Below, one piece after another: positions 43,990 through 55,310 of a stretch of DNA of 64,000 nucleotides. The notes below the pieces were generated by a model, which saw only the letters and a list, made by a program, of their open reading frames with translations, ran no database searches and was not told where the DNA came from. A program made the position numbers and the translations under genes. The first letter of the stretch is position 1. The number at the start of each line of letters is the position of its first letter. Source of the stretch: Candidatus Pelagibacterales bacterium (GTDB taxonomy: Bacteria > Pseudomonadota > Alphaproteobacteria > Pelagibacterales > AG-422-B15); assembly GCA_029242795.1 (NCBI GenBank), contig JAQWTH010000024.1, positions 33,192 to 97,191 of the forward strand, read 5' to 3'.

Positions 43990-44037
43990 TTTTTATATGT
44001 ATATCATAGATCACTTAATGCTTATATATTAGAAATT

Positions 44038-44325
44038 ATGGAATTTGATAAAGATAGCCTTCTCAAATTAGGTAAACTTTCAAAAATAAAGATCGATGAA
44101 AATAAATTATCTTCTTTATCTTCTGATCTTGGTTCAATTTTAAAGTTTATAGATAGGTTACAGAGCATCGAAACAGATAATGTTGATCCAACGTCAAATT
44201 CATTAGATCAGTCTCTTGTTATGAGAGATGATATTGCATTAGATGAAAATTCAGCTGCTGAGATTTTAGAAAATGCGCCTGAGAAAGAGTTAGATTTCTT
44301 TTCTGTGCCTAAGGTTATTGAATAA
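44038..44325 (+). CDS. gatC: Asp/Glu-tRNA amidotransferase subunit C
   Basis: 95 aa GatC-like sequence (LAKLSKIKIDE...) immediately upstream of gatA and gatB. Confidence 0.9.
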   Translation: MEFDKDSLLKLGKLSKIKIDENKLSSLSSDLGSILKFIDRLQSIETDNVDPTSNSLDQSLVMRDDIALDENSAAEILENAPEKELDFFSVPKVIE

Positions 44326-44329
44326 TAAA

Positions 44330-45805
44330 ATGAAAGCTGGTCTGAACTTAATAGAAGCTAGTGAATTACTTGCAAATAACGAGACTTCATCAGTTGAACT
44401 TACTAAATTTTATTTAGATAACATTAATAAAGGCGAAGAGCTAAATTGTTATAATACAGTTTCTTCTGAAGAAGCCTTAAAAGCAGCCGAAAGTTCCGAC
44501 AAAAGACGCAAAGAAGAGAAGTCTAAAAGTAGGTTTGACGGTATTCCAATAGGTATTAAAGATTTATTTTGCACAAAGAATATAAAGACTACTGCATCTA
44601 GTAAGATTTTGTCTAGCTTTGTGCCTACTTATGAGTCAACTGCCTCTCAAAATTGTATTAATGCCGGTTTAATAAGTCTTGGTAAGTTGAATTGTGATGA
44701 ATTTGCGATGGGATCAACAAATAAAACAAGCTATTTTGGTTCAGTAATAAATCCATGGAAATCCAAAAATTCAGAAGCCAATCTTGTTCCAGGTGGATCA
44801 TCAGGTGGTTCAGCTGCAGCTGTCGCGGCAGATTTATGTATTGCCTCATTAGGAACGGATACAGGTGGATCAATTAGACAGCCTGCTTCTTTTACAGGAA
44901 CGGTCGGCTTAAAGCCAACTTATGGAAGAGTTTCTCGATGGGGAATAGTTGCTTTTGCTTCTTCATTAGATCAAGCTGGACCTATTACCAAAACCGTAGA
45001 GGACTCAGCAGCTTTATTTGAGATTATTTCAGGTCATGATTCAAAAGACTCAACTTCATCAATAAAACAAAAAGAGAATTTTTACGATAATTTAAATAGT
45101 TCAGTTAAAGGGATGAAAATTGGTGTCCCAAAAGAATTTAAAAGTGACAATCTTTCTGCTAGTACTCAAAAGGCTTGGGATGATTGCAAAAAGTTATTGC
45201 AGGAAAATGGCGCTGAGCTAATTGATATAAGTCTTCCACACACAATGGATGCGCTTCCAACTTATTATATAATTGCTCCAGCTGAAGCTTCTTCAAATTT
45301 AGCTAGATATGATGGTGTAAAATATGGAATTAGAGAAAATGGAAAAAATCTAATCGAAATGTATGAGGAGACTAGGTCTATTGGTTTTGGAGATGAGGTA
45401 AAAAGAAGAATATTGATCGGTACATATGTTCTTTCATCCGGTTATTATGATGCTTATTATATAAAAGCTCAAAAAGTAAGATCGTTAATTAAAAGTGATT
45501 TTAACGAGGCATTTAAAAGAGTAGATGCGATTTTAACACCTTCTACACCATCAACTGCTTTTGAAATTAAGAATGAACCAAAAGATCCTGTTCAAACATA
45601 CTTGAATGATATATTCACTGTTCCAGTAAACCTAGCGGGTATACCCGCAATTTCAGTTCCCTTTGCAAACGATGAGAACAATTTGCCAATTGGACTTCAA
45701 TTAATAACAAATTCTTTTGAGGAGCAAAAATTGCTAAATATCGCGAAGAATGTTCAGGATACAATTAACTATGCTCCTAATCTTGATAAGTGGTGGATTA
45801 AATGA
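44330..45805 (+). CDS. gatA: Asp/Glu-tRNA amidotransferase subunit A
   Basis: Amidase signature [12 protein letters not shown]...[12 protein letters not shown]. The ATG at 44330 is preferred; the ORF-track start at 44318 is a TTG that overlaps gatC. Confidence 0.95.
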   Translation: MKAGLNLIEASELLANNETSSVELTKFYLDNINKGEELNCYNTVSSEEALKAAESSDKRRKEEKSKSRFDGIPIGIKDLFCTKNIKTTASSKILSSFVPTYESTASQNCINAGLISLGKLNCDEFAMGSTNKTSYFGSVINPWKSKNSEANLVPGGSSGGSAAAVAADLCIASLGTDTGGSIRQPASFTGTVGLKPTYGRVSRWGIVAFASSLDQAGPITKTVEDSAALFEIISGHDSKDSTSSIKQKENFYDNLNSSVKGMKIGVPKEFKSDNLSASTQKAWDDCKKLLQENGAELIDISLPHTMDALPTYYIIAPAEASSNLARYDGVKYGIRENGKNLIEMYEETRSIGFGDEVKRRILIGTYVLSSGYYDAYYIKAQKVRSLIKSDFNEAFKRVDAILTPSTPSTAFEIKNEPKDPVQTYLNDIFTVPVNLAGIPAISVPFANDENNLPIGLQLITNSFEEQKLLNIAKNVQDTINYAPNLDKWWIK

Positions 45806-47232
45806 TGAACGGTTGGGAATTAGTAATTGGGATTGAAATTCATGCGCAGGTAAAATCCAATTCAAAACTCTTTTCTTCTTCATCTACAGATTTTGGTTCT
45901 GGACCAAATAGCCAGGTTAGTCTTGTAGATGCAGCTATGCCTGGAATGTTGCCGGTAATTAATAAATTTTGTGTTGAGCAAGCTGTTCGATCTGGAATTG
46001 GCTTAAATGCTAAAATTAACAATAAATCTATTTTTGATCGGAAAAACTATTTTTATCAAGACCTACCTCAAGGATACCAGATTTCTCAGTTCAAAGATCC
46101 TATCGTAGGCAATGGATTTATTGACATTGTATTAGATGATCAAACCAAAAGAATTGGTATTGAACGATTACACTTAGAACAAGATGCAGGAAAGAGTCTT
46201 CACGATCAAGATCCAAATTTAACTTTTGTCGATTTAAACCGTTCTGGAATTGCTTTAATGGAAATTGTATCAAATCCAGATATGTCTTCTGCTGATGAAG
46301 CAGTAGAGTATGTTAAAAAAGTAAGATCTATTCTTCGTTATTTAGATACTTGTGATGGAAACATGGAGCAAGGATCTTTAAGAGCAGACGTGAATGTATC
46401 GGTAAATAAGCCAGGAGATGAATTAGGAACAAGGTGTGAGATTAAGAACTTAAACTCATTTAAATATATTCATTCTGCAATTATTTATGAAGCAAAAAGG
46501 CAAGTTAAGTCAATTGAGTCAGGAGAAAGGATACATCAAGAAACAAGATTGTATAATATTGACTCTGGAGAAACTCGTTCTATGAGATCAAAAGAAGATG
46601 CTCATGATTATCGATATTTCCCTGATCCAGATTTATTACCTCTTGAGATTGAAGATAAATGGATTGAAGAAATTAAAAGTACAATACCTGAGCTTCCTGA
46701 TCAGAAAAAAAATAGATTCATAAAAGATTATAATCTAAGTGAGTATGACGCAGGTGTAATTGTTTCCGACAAGGCAACAAGTGATTATTATGAAAAAGTA
46801 GTCAAGAATAGAGGTCCAAAACTTGTAACGACCTGGGTAACTAGTGAGCTATTTTCAATATTAAATAAAAAAAATCTAACTATTGATGAGAGTCCTGTAT
46901 CTCATGATAAATTAGGTGAATTAATAGATAATATTGAAAGTGGAAAAGTTTCTAATCGACTTGCCAAAGATATTTTTGAAGAAATGTGTGAAACAGGCAA
47001 GTCACCAAGTGATATTATTTCTGAAAAAGGGTTGTCACAAATCAGCGATGAAGGAGAATTGGAGAAACTAGTTGATGATGTACTCTTAGCAAACCCTGAA
47101 AATATTGAAAAATACAAAAAGGGAAAAGATAAGCTTTTTGGTTTTTTTGTAGGAGAGGCAATGAAGCTTTCAAAGGGAAAGGCAAATCCCAAATTATTGA
47201 ACGAGCTTTTAAAAAGTAAATTAAATACTTAG
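45802..47232 (+). CDS. gatB: Asp/Glu-tRNA amidotransferase subunit B
   Basis: [13 protein letters not shown]..., [15 protein letters not shown] and [10 protein letters not shown] motifs. ATGA overlap with gatA. Confidence 0.96.
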   Translation: MMNGWELVIGIEIHAQVKSNSKLFSSSSTDFGSGPNSQVSLVDAAMPGMLPVINKFCVEQAVRSGIGLNAKINNKSIFDRKNYFYQDLPQGYQISQFKDPIVGNGFIDIVLDDQTKRIGIERLHLEQDAGKSLHDQDPNLTFVDLNRSGIALMEIVSNPDMSSADEAVEYVKKVRSILRYLDTCDGNMEQGSLRADVNVSVNKPGDELGTRCEIKNLNSFKYIHSAIIYEAKRQVKSIESGERIHQETRLYNIDSGETRSMRSKEDAHDYRYFPDPDLLPLEIEDKWIEEIKSTIPELPDQKKNRFIKDYNLSEYDAGVIVSDKATSDYYEKVVKNRGPKLVTTWVTSELFSILNKKNLTIDESPVSHDKLGELIDNIESGKVSNRLAKDIFEEMCETGKSPSDIISEKGLSQISDEGELEKLVDDVLLANPENIEKYKKGKDKLFGFFVGEAMKLSKGKANPKLLNELLKSKLNT

Positions 47233-47268
47233 ATTATTTGTTCTATTTATAGTAATAATCTATCTACC

Positions 47269-47362
47269 GGAGAGATGGGTGAGTGGTTGAAACCGGCTCC
47301 CTGCTAAGGAGTTGTGCGGGCTTATACCCGTACCGAGGGTTCGAATCCCTCTCTCTCCGCCA
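47269..47362 (+). tRNA. trnS: tRNA-Ser (anticodon GCU), long variable arm, 3' CCA encoded
   Basis: Acceptor GGAGAGA/TCTCTCC, anticodon loop CTGCTAA, long extra arm, T loop GTTCGAATC. Total 94 nt. Confidence 0.9.
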
Positions 47363-49510
47363 CTAATTTGAAGGTCTTAATGTAGGCTTGATAACTGACT
47401 TACCACCAACATAACCTTGATTAAGATTATCTTTTATAGAATATTTCTGAGGTAAATTATTCTTATCCAGAAAACTGTAAACTTGAACATTTTCAATTAC
47501 TCTTTGAACATAATTTCTAGTTTCTTTAAAAGGAATGAGTTCGATCCAATTAACAGGAGTAATATCATCACTACGTGGATCTCCGTACCTTTTTATCCAA
47601 GCATTAACTCTTGATGGACCTGCATTATAAGCTGCGAGCGTGAGTATATATGAGCCATCATATGATGATAGAAGTTGATCCAGATATGCACTACCTAATA
47701 TGACATTATAACTAGGATCATCAGTTAATTTATTTTTTGAATAAGGTATTTTGAGTCCTTTCGATACTCTTTTCGCGGTATAAGGCATCAACTGCATTAA
47801 ACCTTTAGCTCCAGCGTAACTCCCTGCCTCAGGATCAAATTGACTTTCTTGTCTTATTACTGCATGGATTAAACTTTGATCTGGAAAAATTAGTTTTTCA
47901 TAACTCGGTCTTGGAACGGTAGGAAAGCTTTTGGGCTCAAGGTAAAAATTTTTATAATAATAATATTTTCCTGCTTGAACCGCAAAATCATATCGCTCAA
48001 GATCAGTTGCTAAATATATTGCTTGAGTAGCAGTAGCTTCATCACGATTTTCAGCTAAATCCATAATGAATTTTTTAACTAGCTTAACTTGATCAAATTC
48101 ATTTAATAAAGAAACTGCTGAATAAACATCCTTTAACTGTGAGTTTACTAGGAAGTCTTCTTCAGTAATTGGATTTATTTCAGGATTGTACTGAATATTA
48201 TTTCTGTTAATTTCTGTTGCGGCTAATTGACCATAAAAAGTGAGGTGATAATTTGCTGATTTTATATACCAGTTCTGACTTTTTTCCCTATCAAAATTTT
48301 CGAGTGATTTTGCAATCCAATAAGAAGCCCTTGCTTTTGAAATTGGTCTTGAAGAAACATCCCATATTCTTTGAAAATGATATTTTGCTGCCGCAGGATC
48401 TTTCAGAAAAGTAATACTAATCCAACCAGCAAGCCATTCTGCTTCAGCGATTTCTGCATTGGTTAAGAGTCCATGGTTTAAAGACATCTTGTAAGCTGAC
48501 ATATATTCATGCTGGTCAATTAATCTTCTAATTAAAAAACTTTTTAATTTCCAAAACTTATCCGGACGCTCTAGATAAGATGGATCTTTTTTATTAATTT
48601 CCAACATCATTGACATAGCACTGTCATATTTTCTTTTTTTAATTCTCCATCTTAAGCGATCATGTTGTAAGCCAGCATTGTTTATTAATTTTTCAGGAAC
48701 ATTTGAGACTAGTTGATCAACTCCGCCAGAGAATGAGATTAGTCCTATTCTTGCTTCAAAAAGTTTTTGATAATCTTTTTCTACATATTTAACAAGAGAA
48801 CGTGCAGTTCCATACTTTCCATTCCAAAGAAGTTGATTAATTCTTTTTTTATGATCTTCTTGTGTGAGATAATTCTTAAATTTACTTATTATGATCTTTT
48901 GTTCATTTCTAGTGAAACTCCCATTTATATATCCTTCTTTAATAAGTAATTCTGCAAGAGCATCGTTCCCTTTTTTGATTAGAGAATTTCCATAATATAT
49001 TTTACCCCAACCAGTAAGTGGTTTTTGATCTTTAAAATAATCTATCAATTCATCATGATTATCAGAAAATGATATTTTGTTTTCTGTTTTTATTTTAATA
49101 CTATCGATCAGTGGCCAATGTGAATTATCACTTAAAAAATTTCTATAGTCTGTGAATGTTAAACCATCGGCTCCATTGTAATGTCTAATCCAATTAAGAA
49201 TATTTCGAGCATCTTCATTCTCAATTTTCTGACTTATAATTTTTACACTTTTCCACCTCCATTTTTTTGCCTGAGAAAGAGCTAGATCAAAATTTTCATA
49301 ATCTTTATTGCTTAGTTTTAGCGACAGAAGAGGCTGTGCTGGCCTTTTAACAGGCATGAGACTTGATGTAATAGGTCTCTTTATTGGTTCAATATCTACT
49401 TTACCATCTAAATTATGATCAAAGATATTTTCACTTTGAGCAACCAATGATTGAAAGGTTAAAAAAAAGAGTATAAAGCCAATAAGTGGGAATTTAATCA
49501 TTATGAGCAC
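47363..49510 (-). CDS. slt: Soluble lytic murein transglycosylase (Slt70-like)
   Basis: 715 aa with an N-terminal signal-like hydrophobic segment, a long helical superhelix-type region and a C-terminal catalytic ESQFDPEAGSYAGAKGLMQLMP motif. Confidence 0.88.
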   Translation of the reverse strand: MLIMIKFPLIGFILFFLTFQSLVAQSENIFDHNLDGKVDIEPIKRPITSSLMPVKRPAQPLLSLKLSNKDYENFDLALSQAKKWRWKSVKIISQKIENEDARNILNWIRHYNGADGLTFTDYRNFLSDNSHWPLIDSIKIKTENKISFSDNHDELIDYFKDQKPLTGWGKIYYGNSLIKKGNDALAELLIKEGYINGSFTRNEQKIIISKFKNYLTQEDHKKRINQLLWNGKYGTARSLVKYVEKDYQKLFEARIGLISFSGGVDQLVSNVPEKLINNAGLQHDRLRWRIKKRKYDSAMSMMLEINKKDPSYLERPDKFWKLKSFLIRRLIDQHEYMSAYKMSLNHGLLTNAEIAEAEWLAGWISITFLKDPAAAKYHFQRIWDVSSRPISKARASYWIAKSLENFDREKSQNWYIKSANYHLTFYGQLAATEINRNNIQYNPEINPITEEDFLVNSQLKDVYSAVSLLNEFDQVKLVKKFIMDLAENRDEATATQAIYLATDLERYDFAVQAGKYYYYKNFYLEPKSFPTVPRPSYEKLIFPDQSLIHAVIRQESQFDPEAGSYAGAKGLMQLMPYTAKRVSKGLKIPYSKNKLTDDPSYNVILGSAYLDQLLSSYDGSYILTLAAYNAGPSRVNAWIKRYGDPRSDDITPVNWIELIPFKETRNYVQRVIENVQVYSFLDKNNLPQKYSIKDNLNQGYVGGKSVIKPTLRPSN

Positions 49511-49583
49511 TGTATGTTAAAGACGGGTGAGTATATTTGTGATTTATTGTTTTTTAAATATATAAAAGTGTTAAAATATTATT

Positions 49584-50456
49584 ATGTTTAAAGGTGTTTT
49601 TACGGCATTATTGACTCCATTTAAGGATGGAGCACTGGATGAAGCCTCTTTTAGGTCATTTATTGATTTTCAAATAAAATCAGGAATTCATGGATTAGTA
49701 CCTGTAGGTACTACGGGAGAGTCACCAACTGTATCCCATGATGAGCACAAATTAGCTGTTGAAATTTGTATTGATCAAGCAAATAAAAAAGTTCCTGTTA
49801 TTGCAGGAACCGGATCAAATAATACAGCAGAAGCCATTGAATTAACTAATCACGCATGTGAAAAAGGGGCAGACGCTGCATTGGTAGTAACCCCTTACTA
49901 TAATAAGCCAAATCAGGAAGGGTTGTATGCACATTATAAAGCTATTGCTGAAAACTCAGATATTCCAATTGTGATTTATAATATTCCTGGTCGATCAATT
50001 GTTGATATGAGCTTAGAAACAATGAATAGACTATTTCAGATCAAAAACATAATTGGCGTTAAAGACGCAACATCTGACATATCAAGAGTATTTAAATATA
50101 AGAGCATAATAGGAGATTGCTTCAATCAACTATCCGGAGAAGATGCTACAACTTTAGCTTACATGACTTATGGAGGCCATGGATCAATTTCGGTCACATC
50201 AAATATTGCGCCAAAACTATGCTCTGACTTCATGAATTTATGTCTTGCTGGTAAATTTAATGAAGCCTCTAAAATTAATGATAAATTAATGAAATTGAAT
50301 GAATGCCTATTCCTAGAGCCAAGCCCTGGACCTGCAAAGTATGCTGCCGAAAAACTCGGCCTAATGTCAAGAGAATTACGTCTTCCATTAGTAGAAATAA
50401 GCAAAAATACTAAAGATAGGGTCGATGAAGCAATGAAGTTTGCTTCCTTAATTTAA
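49584..50456 (+). CDS. dapA: 4-hydroxy-tetrahydrodipicolinate synthase
   Basis: TALLTPF, GTTGESPT and the YNIPGRS motif. Confidence 0.95.
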   Translation: MFKGVFTALLTPFKDGALDEASFRSFIDFQIKSGIHGLVPVGTTGESPTVSHDEHKLAVEICIDQANKKVPVIAGTGSNNTAEAIELTNHACEKGADAALVVTPYYNKPNQEGLYAHYKAIAENSDIPIVIYNIPGRSIVDMSLETMNRLFQIKNIIGVKDATSDISRVFKYKSIIGDCFNQLSGEDATTLAYMTYGGHGSISVTSNIAPKLCSDFMNLCLAGKFNEASKINDKLMKLNECLFLEPSPGPAKYAAEKLGLMSRELRLPLVEISKNTKDRVDEAMKFASLI

Positions 50457-50458
50457 AA

Positions 50459-50896
50459 TTGGGTCAGTCAGTACAAAATAGAAAAGCTCGATACAATTAT
50501 TTTTTTCTTGAAAAATTTGAAGCCGGTATTGAGCTTCGTGGAAGTGAAATCAAATCCTTGAGAGATGGACGAGTTGATATTGCTGAGTCTTTTGCCCGGG
50601 AAGAAGATAATGAAATTTATTTAATTAATTCTTATTTTGCCAAATATTCAAATTCCTCATATATGAATCACGAGGAAAATAGGCAGCGAAAACTTCTTCT
50701 TCATAAAAAAGAGATAAGAAAAATTATTGGAAAACTTAATAAAGAGTCACTTACTTTAATTCCTATACAAATTTACTTTAATAGAAAAGGATTAGCTAAA
50801 GTTGAATTAGCATTATCTAAAGGTAAAAAAAATTACGATAAAAGAGAAAGTAAAAAGAAAAAATCTTGGGAAAGAGAAAAAAGGAATATTAAATGA
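50459..50896 (+). CDS. smpB: SsrA-binding protein SmpB (TTG start)
   Basis: NRKARYNYFFLEKFEAGIELRGSEIKSLR signature. Confidence 0.93.
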   Translation: MGQSVQNRKARYNYFFLEKFEAGIELRGSEIKSLRDGRVDIAESFAREEDNEIYLINSYFAKYSNSSYMNHEENRQRKLLLHKKEIRKIIGKLNKESLTLIPIQIYFNRKGLAKVELALSKGKKNYDKRESKKKKSWEREKRNIK

Positions 50897-51411
50897 TATA
50901 CTTAATTGCAATTGGCTCTAATTCACATTCGAGGTTTGGAAGTCCAATTAATAACCTTAAAAATTCAATCAAACTTTTAGAAACTAAAAATATTCAAGTT
51001 TTAAAAAAATCAAGTATTTATTTATCTCCTCCAAAAGATTTTAGAAAAGCAGCAGGAACTTTTTATAATGCAGTTGTTATGGTAAATACATCACTTAAGC
51101 CAAAAAATTTATTAAGAGAATTAAAAAAAATTGAATCCTTAATGGGTAGGCATAAATATAAAAAAAATACATCCAGAACTTGTGACTTAGATATAATACT
51201 TCATAAATCAAAAGATATTATAAGAGATGATACGTCAGAATTAACTTGTTTTATTCCTCATCCTGAAATGTGCAATCGTAATTTTGTAATGGCACCACTC
51301 ACCGAAATATGCCCTAATTGGAGGCATCCAGTAGAAGAAAAGAGTATTTTAACTATTTCAAAAAGAAAATTCTTTACAGATAGGCTGTATAAAGCCACAA
51401 ATGTGCTATAA
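50893..51411 (+). CDS. folK: 2-amino-4-hydroxy-6-hydroxymethyldihydropteridine pyrophosphokinase
   Basis: HPPK-like pattern (IAIGSN...RTCDLDII...IPHPEM..R.FV..PL.EI). ATGA overlap with smpB. Confidence 0.85.
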   Translation: MIYLIAIGSNSHSRFGSPINNLKNSIKLLETKNIQVLKKSSIYLSPPKDFRKAAGTFYNAVVMVNTSLKPKNLLRELKKIESLMGRHKYKKNTSRTCDLDIILHKSKDIIRDDTSELTCFIPHPEMCNRNFVMAPLTEICPNWRHPVEEKSILTISKRKFFTDRLYKATNVL

Positions 51412-51442
51412 AATGCATTTGTATGGTATTTCTTAGATATAT

Positions 51443-53581
51443 ATGTCAAATAGCGAACTTCTAAATTCTTTTAAGTCATTTGATCCTGATATTGATATCT
51501 CTTTGATTGAAAAAGCCTATGATTTTGCACAAAAAGCTCATAAGACTCAATTAAGACACTCTGGAGATCCTTACATTTCTCATCCGCTTGAGGTTGCTAA
51601 AATACTAGCTTCGCTAAAGCTAGATGTGTCAACTATTACTACAGGGCTATTACATGACACTCTTGAAGATACTGAGGCATCGAAAGAAGATATTATAGCG
51701 TATTTTGGAAATGAAGTAGCAAATCTTGTAGAGGGTGTTACAAAATTATCCAAGATAGACACATATTCAGAAAATAAATCGCAGGCTGAAAATTTCAGAA
51801 AATTAATTCTTGCGATGTCAAAAGATATTAGAGTTTTGTTAGTAAAGCTGGCTGACAGGCTACATAACATGAGAACCATTCAATTTATTCCAAATGAGAG
51901 TAGTCGAAAACGAATAGCCTCTGAAACTCTCGAGATTTATGCTCCACTTGCTGGAAGGTTAGGTATGCATGAGTTTAAAGATGAATTAGAAGATCTATCT
52001 TTTCAAATTTTGAATCCATCAGCTTATGCATCAATATTGAATAGAATTGAATATTTAAAAAAAGATAAATCAAATTTAACCGATAAAATCAAAACTAGAA
52101 TCTTAGAGATACTTGAAGAGAAGAAAATTGATTGCTCAATAATAGGAAGAGAAAAAAAGGTATTTTCAATTTGGAATAAAATGCAAAAAAAGCAAATCGC
52201 TTTTCGTCAACTATCTGATATTTTTGCATATCGTATTTTAGTAAGTGATATTAATGACTGTTATAAGGTGTTGGGAATTATTCATGGACGATGGTCAGCG
52301 GTTCCAGGAAGTTTTAAAGATTATTTATCAACTCCAAAAATAAATAATTATCAATCTATACACACAACTATTGTGGGCCCTGAACGTCAACGAGTTGAAT
52401 TACAAATAAGAACTGAAAATATGGATATAGTTGCTGAAAGAGGCATAGCGGCTCATTGGTCCTATAAAGATACTTACAACTTAATTGACCATTCTTCCAG
52501 TGACCCAATAAATGTTACATGGTTAAGAGATTTAGTTGATATTCTTGATAGTGGCGCAACCTCAGAAGAACTTCTTGAAGCAACAAAATTAGAAATATTT
52601 CAGGATGAAGTCTTTTGCTTCACTCCTAAAGGTGATTTGATACATTTACCCTACGGATCTAATTCAATCGACTTTGCTTATGCTCTGCACTCAGAAATAG
52701 GAAATAAATGTGTTGGATGCAAAATAAACGGAAAATCCCAAGCGCTATTTACTAAAATTCAAAATGGAGATGAAATTGAAATAATTACATCAAAAAGTGA
52801 AGCCCCTTCGGAAACATGGGAAAATATTGTTACAACGGCCAAAGCTCAGTCATCTATTAAGCGATATTTTAAGAAACAGGAAAAAAATGAATTCATAAAC
52901 TTAGGTAAAGAGATTTTACTAAAAACCCTTAATGTTGATAAAGAAATTGCGCAACATACATTAGCAAGTTTAATTAGTCATTTTAAGAAAAAATCTAACG
53001 AAGATTTATTTAATTCCATTGGAAGAGGTTATATCAAACCAAGAGAGATAATGAAAGCTAGGCCTAAGAATAAATTATCTTTTTTTTCAAGATATCGTTA
53101 TCGCAATAGAAAGTCACAAAAGATTGTAGATTTACCATTAGAGATTAAAAATCTACAGTCAGGTGTAGCTATTCATTTTGCAGAATGTTGTTTGCCTCTA
53201 CCTAATGAAGATATAATTGGAATTCAAGAAAAAGATACTGGTATAATAATCCATACGCGAGATTGTAGAACCTTAACAAGTGATTACAGTAGAAGTGAAT
53301 GGATAACTTCAACTTGGAAAGACACTAAGCAAAATCAATTATTTTCTGGTCGGATTAAAGTATCAGTTAAAAATGAAGCTGGATCTTTAGGTAAGTTAGC
53401 CACAATTATTGGAAATAATAACGGAAATATTACTAATTTAAATATCTCAGAAAGAAGTAATGATTTTTTTGATATGATATTTGTAATTGAGTTAAGAGAT
53501 TTAAATCACTTGAATTTTATAATTGAAAAGCTTAAAGAAAATGAAATTGTAAGTGATGTAAAAAGATTATTTATTGATTAA
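51443..53581 (+). CDS. spoT: Bifunctional (p)ppGpp synthetase/hydrolase (RSH family)
   Basis: HD hydrolase motif (HSGDPYISHPLEV ... LHDTLEDT), synthetase block (YQSIHTT...ELQIRT), TGS domain and C-terminal ACT-like domain. Confidence 0.93.
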   Translation: MSNSELLNSFKSFDPDIDISLIEKAYDFAQKAHKTQLRHSGDPYISHPLEVAKILASLKLDVSTITTGLLHDTLEDTEASKEDIIAYFGNEVANLVEGVTKLSKIDTYSENKSQAENFRKLILAMSKDIRVLLVKLADRLHNMRTIQFIPNESSRKRIASETLEIYAPLAGRLGMHEFKDELEDLSFQILNPSAYASILNRIEYLKKDKSNLTDKIKTRILEILEEKKIDCSIIGREKKVFSIWNKMQKKQIAFRQLSDIFAYRILVSDINDCYKVLGIIHGRWSAVPGSFKDYLSTPKINNYQSIHTTIVGPERQRVELQIRTENMDIVAERGIAAHWSYKDTYNLIDHSSSDPINVTWLRDLVDILDSGATSEELLEATKLEIFQDEVFCFTPKGDLIHLPYGSNSIDFAYALHSEIGNKCVGCKINGKSQALFTKIQNGDEIEIITSKSEAPSETWENIVTTAKAQSSIKRYFKKQEKNEFINLGKEILLKTLNVDKEIAQHTLASLISHFKKKSNEDLFNSIGRGYIKPREIMKARPKNKLSFFSRYRYRNRKSQKIVDLPLEIKNLQSGVAIHFAECCLPLPNEDIIGIQEKDTGIIIHTRDCRTLTSDYSRSEWITSTWKDTKQNQLFSGRIKVSVKNEAGSLGKLATIIGNNNGNITNLNISERSNDFFDMIFVIELRDLNHLNFIIEKLKENEIVSDVKRLFID

Positions 53582-53585
53582 AATT

Positions 53586-54167
53586 ATGAATTCAGAAGAA
53601 ATACTCAAAATTTTAGAAAAAGTGAATGCAATCCAATATGGTCATTTCATCTTATCATCAGGGAAGAGATCATCTACTTATTGTCAATGCGCAAAAATTT
53701 TCATAGACCCAAAAGTTGGATCAAAGATTTGCAATTCATTAGCCAAAAAGATAAAAGATCAAATAGATCAAAAAATCGACTATGTCGTTTCTCCGGCGAT
53801 GGGAGGAATTCTTGTAGGCTATGAAACAGCTAATCAATTAAACTCTCAATCAGTTTTTTTTGAAAGAGTTGAAAATGAATTTCAAATGAGAAGAGGATTT
53901 GAAATAGAAGAAAATAAAAATGTATTATTTGTTGAAGATGTTATCACAACTGGAAAGTCATCAAAAGAATGCTTATTTGAATTAGAAAAATTAAATATTA
54001 ATTTATTAGGTATAGCTTGTATTGTGGATCGTTCTTCAGAAGATATATTCAGTGATCATGAGATTATTTCATTAATAAAACTTGATATCCCAGTATATGA
54101 TGAAGAAGATTTGTCAGAAGAGCTTAAATCTATAAATCCAATCAAACCTGGAAGTAGAATTATTTAA
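53586..54167 (+). CDS. pyrE: Orotate phosphoribosyltransferase
   Basis: PRPP-binding motif VLFVEDVITTGKS. The ATG at 53586 is preferred over the TTG at 53574. Confidence 0.88.
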   Translation: MNSEEILKILEKVNAIQYGHFILSSGKRSSTYCQCAKIFIDPKVGSKICNSLAKKIKDQIDQKIDYVVSPAMGGILVGYETANQLNSQSVFFERVENEFQMRRGFEIEENKNVLFVEDVITTGKSSKECLFELEKLNINLLGIACIVDRSSEDIFSDHEIISLIKLDIPVYDEEDLSEELKSINPIKPGSRII

Positions 54168-54171
54168 AAAT

Positions 54172-54915
54172 ATGAATGAATTGCCAAGATTGGGCGTGAA
54201 TATAGATCACGTAGCCACTTTAAGAAATGCAAGAGGGGAGGACTATCCTAGTCCAGTAAGAGCTGCTATTTTATGTCAAGAGTCTGGCGCAGATGGGATA
54301 ACAGCTCATCTAAGAGAGGATAGACGGCACATTAGAGACTCTGACATTCAAGAAATTAAAGAACAAATATCAATACCATTAAATTTTGAAATGGCTCCGA
54401 CAAATGAAATGTTAGATATTGCTGTTAGAACACTGCCAAATGCTTGTTGTATTGTTCCTGAAAAAAGAGAGGAGGTCACAACAGAAGGTGGAATTGATGT
54501 AAAACGCTCTCATAATGTTTTAGGTCCTATCATAAATGAACTTAAAAAAAATAATATTAGAGTTTCATTATTTGTTGATGCATCAAATGATCAAATAGAA
54601 TTATCAAAGGAGCTTGGAGCAGATATCGTTGAAATACATTCTGGAGAGTTTTGTAGAAAGGTACATTATAAATCTGATTTTCAAAATGAACTGAATAAGA
54701 TTAAGGAGTCAGCGAGCTTTGCGAATAGTATAGGCTTGGAAACACATATTGGACACGGTATAACTTTTGAGACAATAATTGAGTTATCTAGAATTGAAGA
54801 AGTAAAAGAATTTAATATTGGCCATTTCATAATTGCAGAGTCAGTTTTTATTGGGCTAAGTGAAGCAATAAAAAAGTTTAAAAATCTAGTTAGGGATAAT
54901 AGAAAAGTTTTATGA
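54172..54915 (+). CDS. pdxJ: Pyridoxine 5'-phosphate synthase
   Basis: LGVNIDHVATLRNARG and GITAHLREDRRHI motifs. Confidence 0.96.
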   Translation: MNELPRLGVNIDHVATLRNARGEDYPSPVRAAILCQESGADGITAHLREDRRHIRDSDIQEIKEQISIPLNFEMAPTNEMLDIAVRTLPNACCIVPEKREEVTTEGGIDVKRSHNVLGPIINELKKNNIRVSLFVDASNDQIELSKELGADIVEIHSGEFCRKVHYKSDFQNELNKIKESASFANSIGLETHIGHGITFETIIELSRIEEVKEFNIGHFIIAESVFIGLSEAIKKFKNLVRDNRKVL

Positions 54916-55310
54916 TTGGAATAGGGTCAGATTTGTTAGATATAAGAAGAATAGAGAAAACTATCTCTAGATTTGGGGATCGTTTTAAAAATAAAATATT
55001 TACTAAAAATGAAATTTATAAATGTGAAAAAAGATTAAATAAGATTGAATGTTATGCAAAACGATTTGCCGCAAAAGAAGCTACATCAAAAGCACTTGGA
55101 ACTGGATTTAGAAAAGGTGTATTTTGGAAAGATTTAGAAATAGTAAATCTACCATATGGCAAGCCGACAATAAAATTTCATGGAAATTCATTGAAACATT
55201 TAAATTCGTTGTTACCGCCTGCAAGCAATCCTAGTATCAATCTTACAATAACAGATGAGTATCCTTATGCACAAGCTTTAGTAATTATCTCATCTGAAAA
55301 AAGTAAATAA
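54912..55310 (+). CDS. acpS: Holo-[acyl-carrier-protein] synthase
   Basis: IGIGSDLLDIRRIE and FAAKEATSKALGTG motifs. Confidence 0.93.
   Translation: MIGIGSDLLDIRRIEKTISRFGDRFKNKIFTKNEIYKCEKRLNKIECYAKRFAAKEATSKALGTGFRKGVFWKDLEIVNLPYGKPTIKFHGNSLKHLNSLLPPASNPSINLTITDEYPYAQALVIISSEKSK

Noticed and set aside
43551-44032. 68-, 61- and 89-aa ORFs overlapping ruvX in other frames or on the other strand
   Set aside because: They are nested in ruvX with no family resemblance. The 89-aa ORF runs through the divergent ruvX/gatC promoter region.
47269-49510. tRNA-Ser followed by a lytic transglycosylase, considered as a possible tRNA-targeted genomic island or phage remnant
   Set aside because: I saw no integrase and no obvious direct repeat of the tRNA 3' end. 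The transglycosylase is a 715-aa Slt70-type housekeeping enzyme flanked by dapA and gatCAB.
50400-50960. Search for a tmRNA (ssrA) gene next to smpB
   Set aside because: smpB is flanked by a 2-nt gap on one side and a 4-nt overlap on the other, so there is no non-coding space for an RNA gene here.
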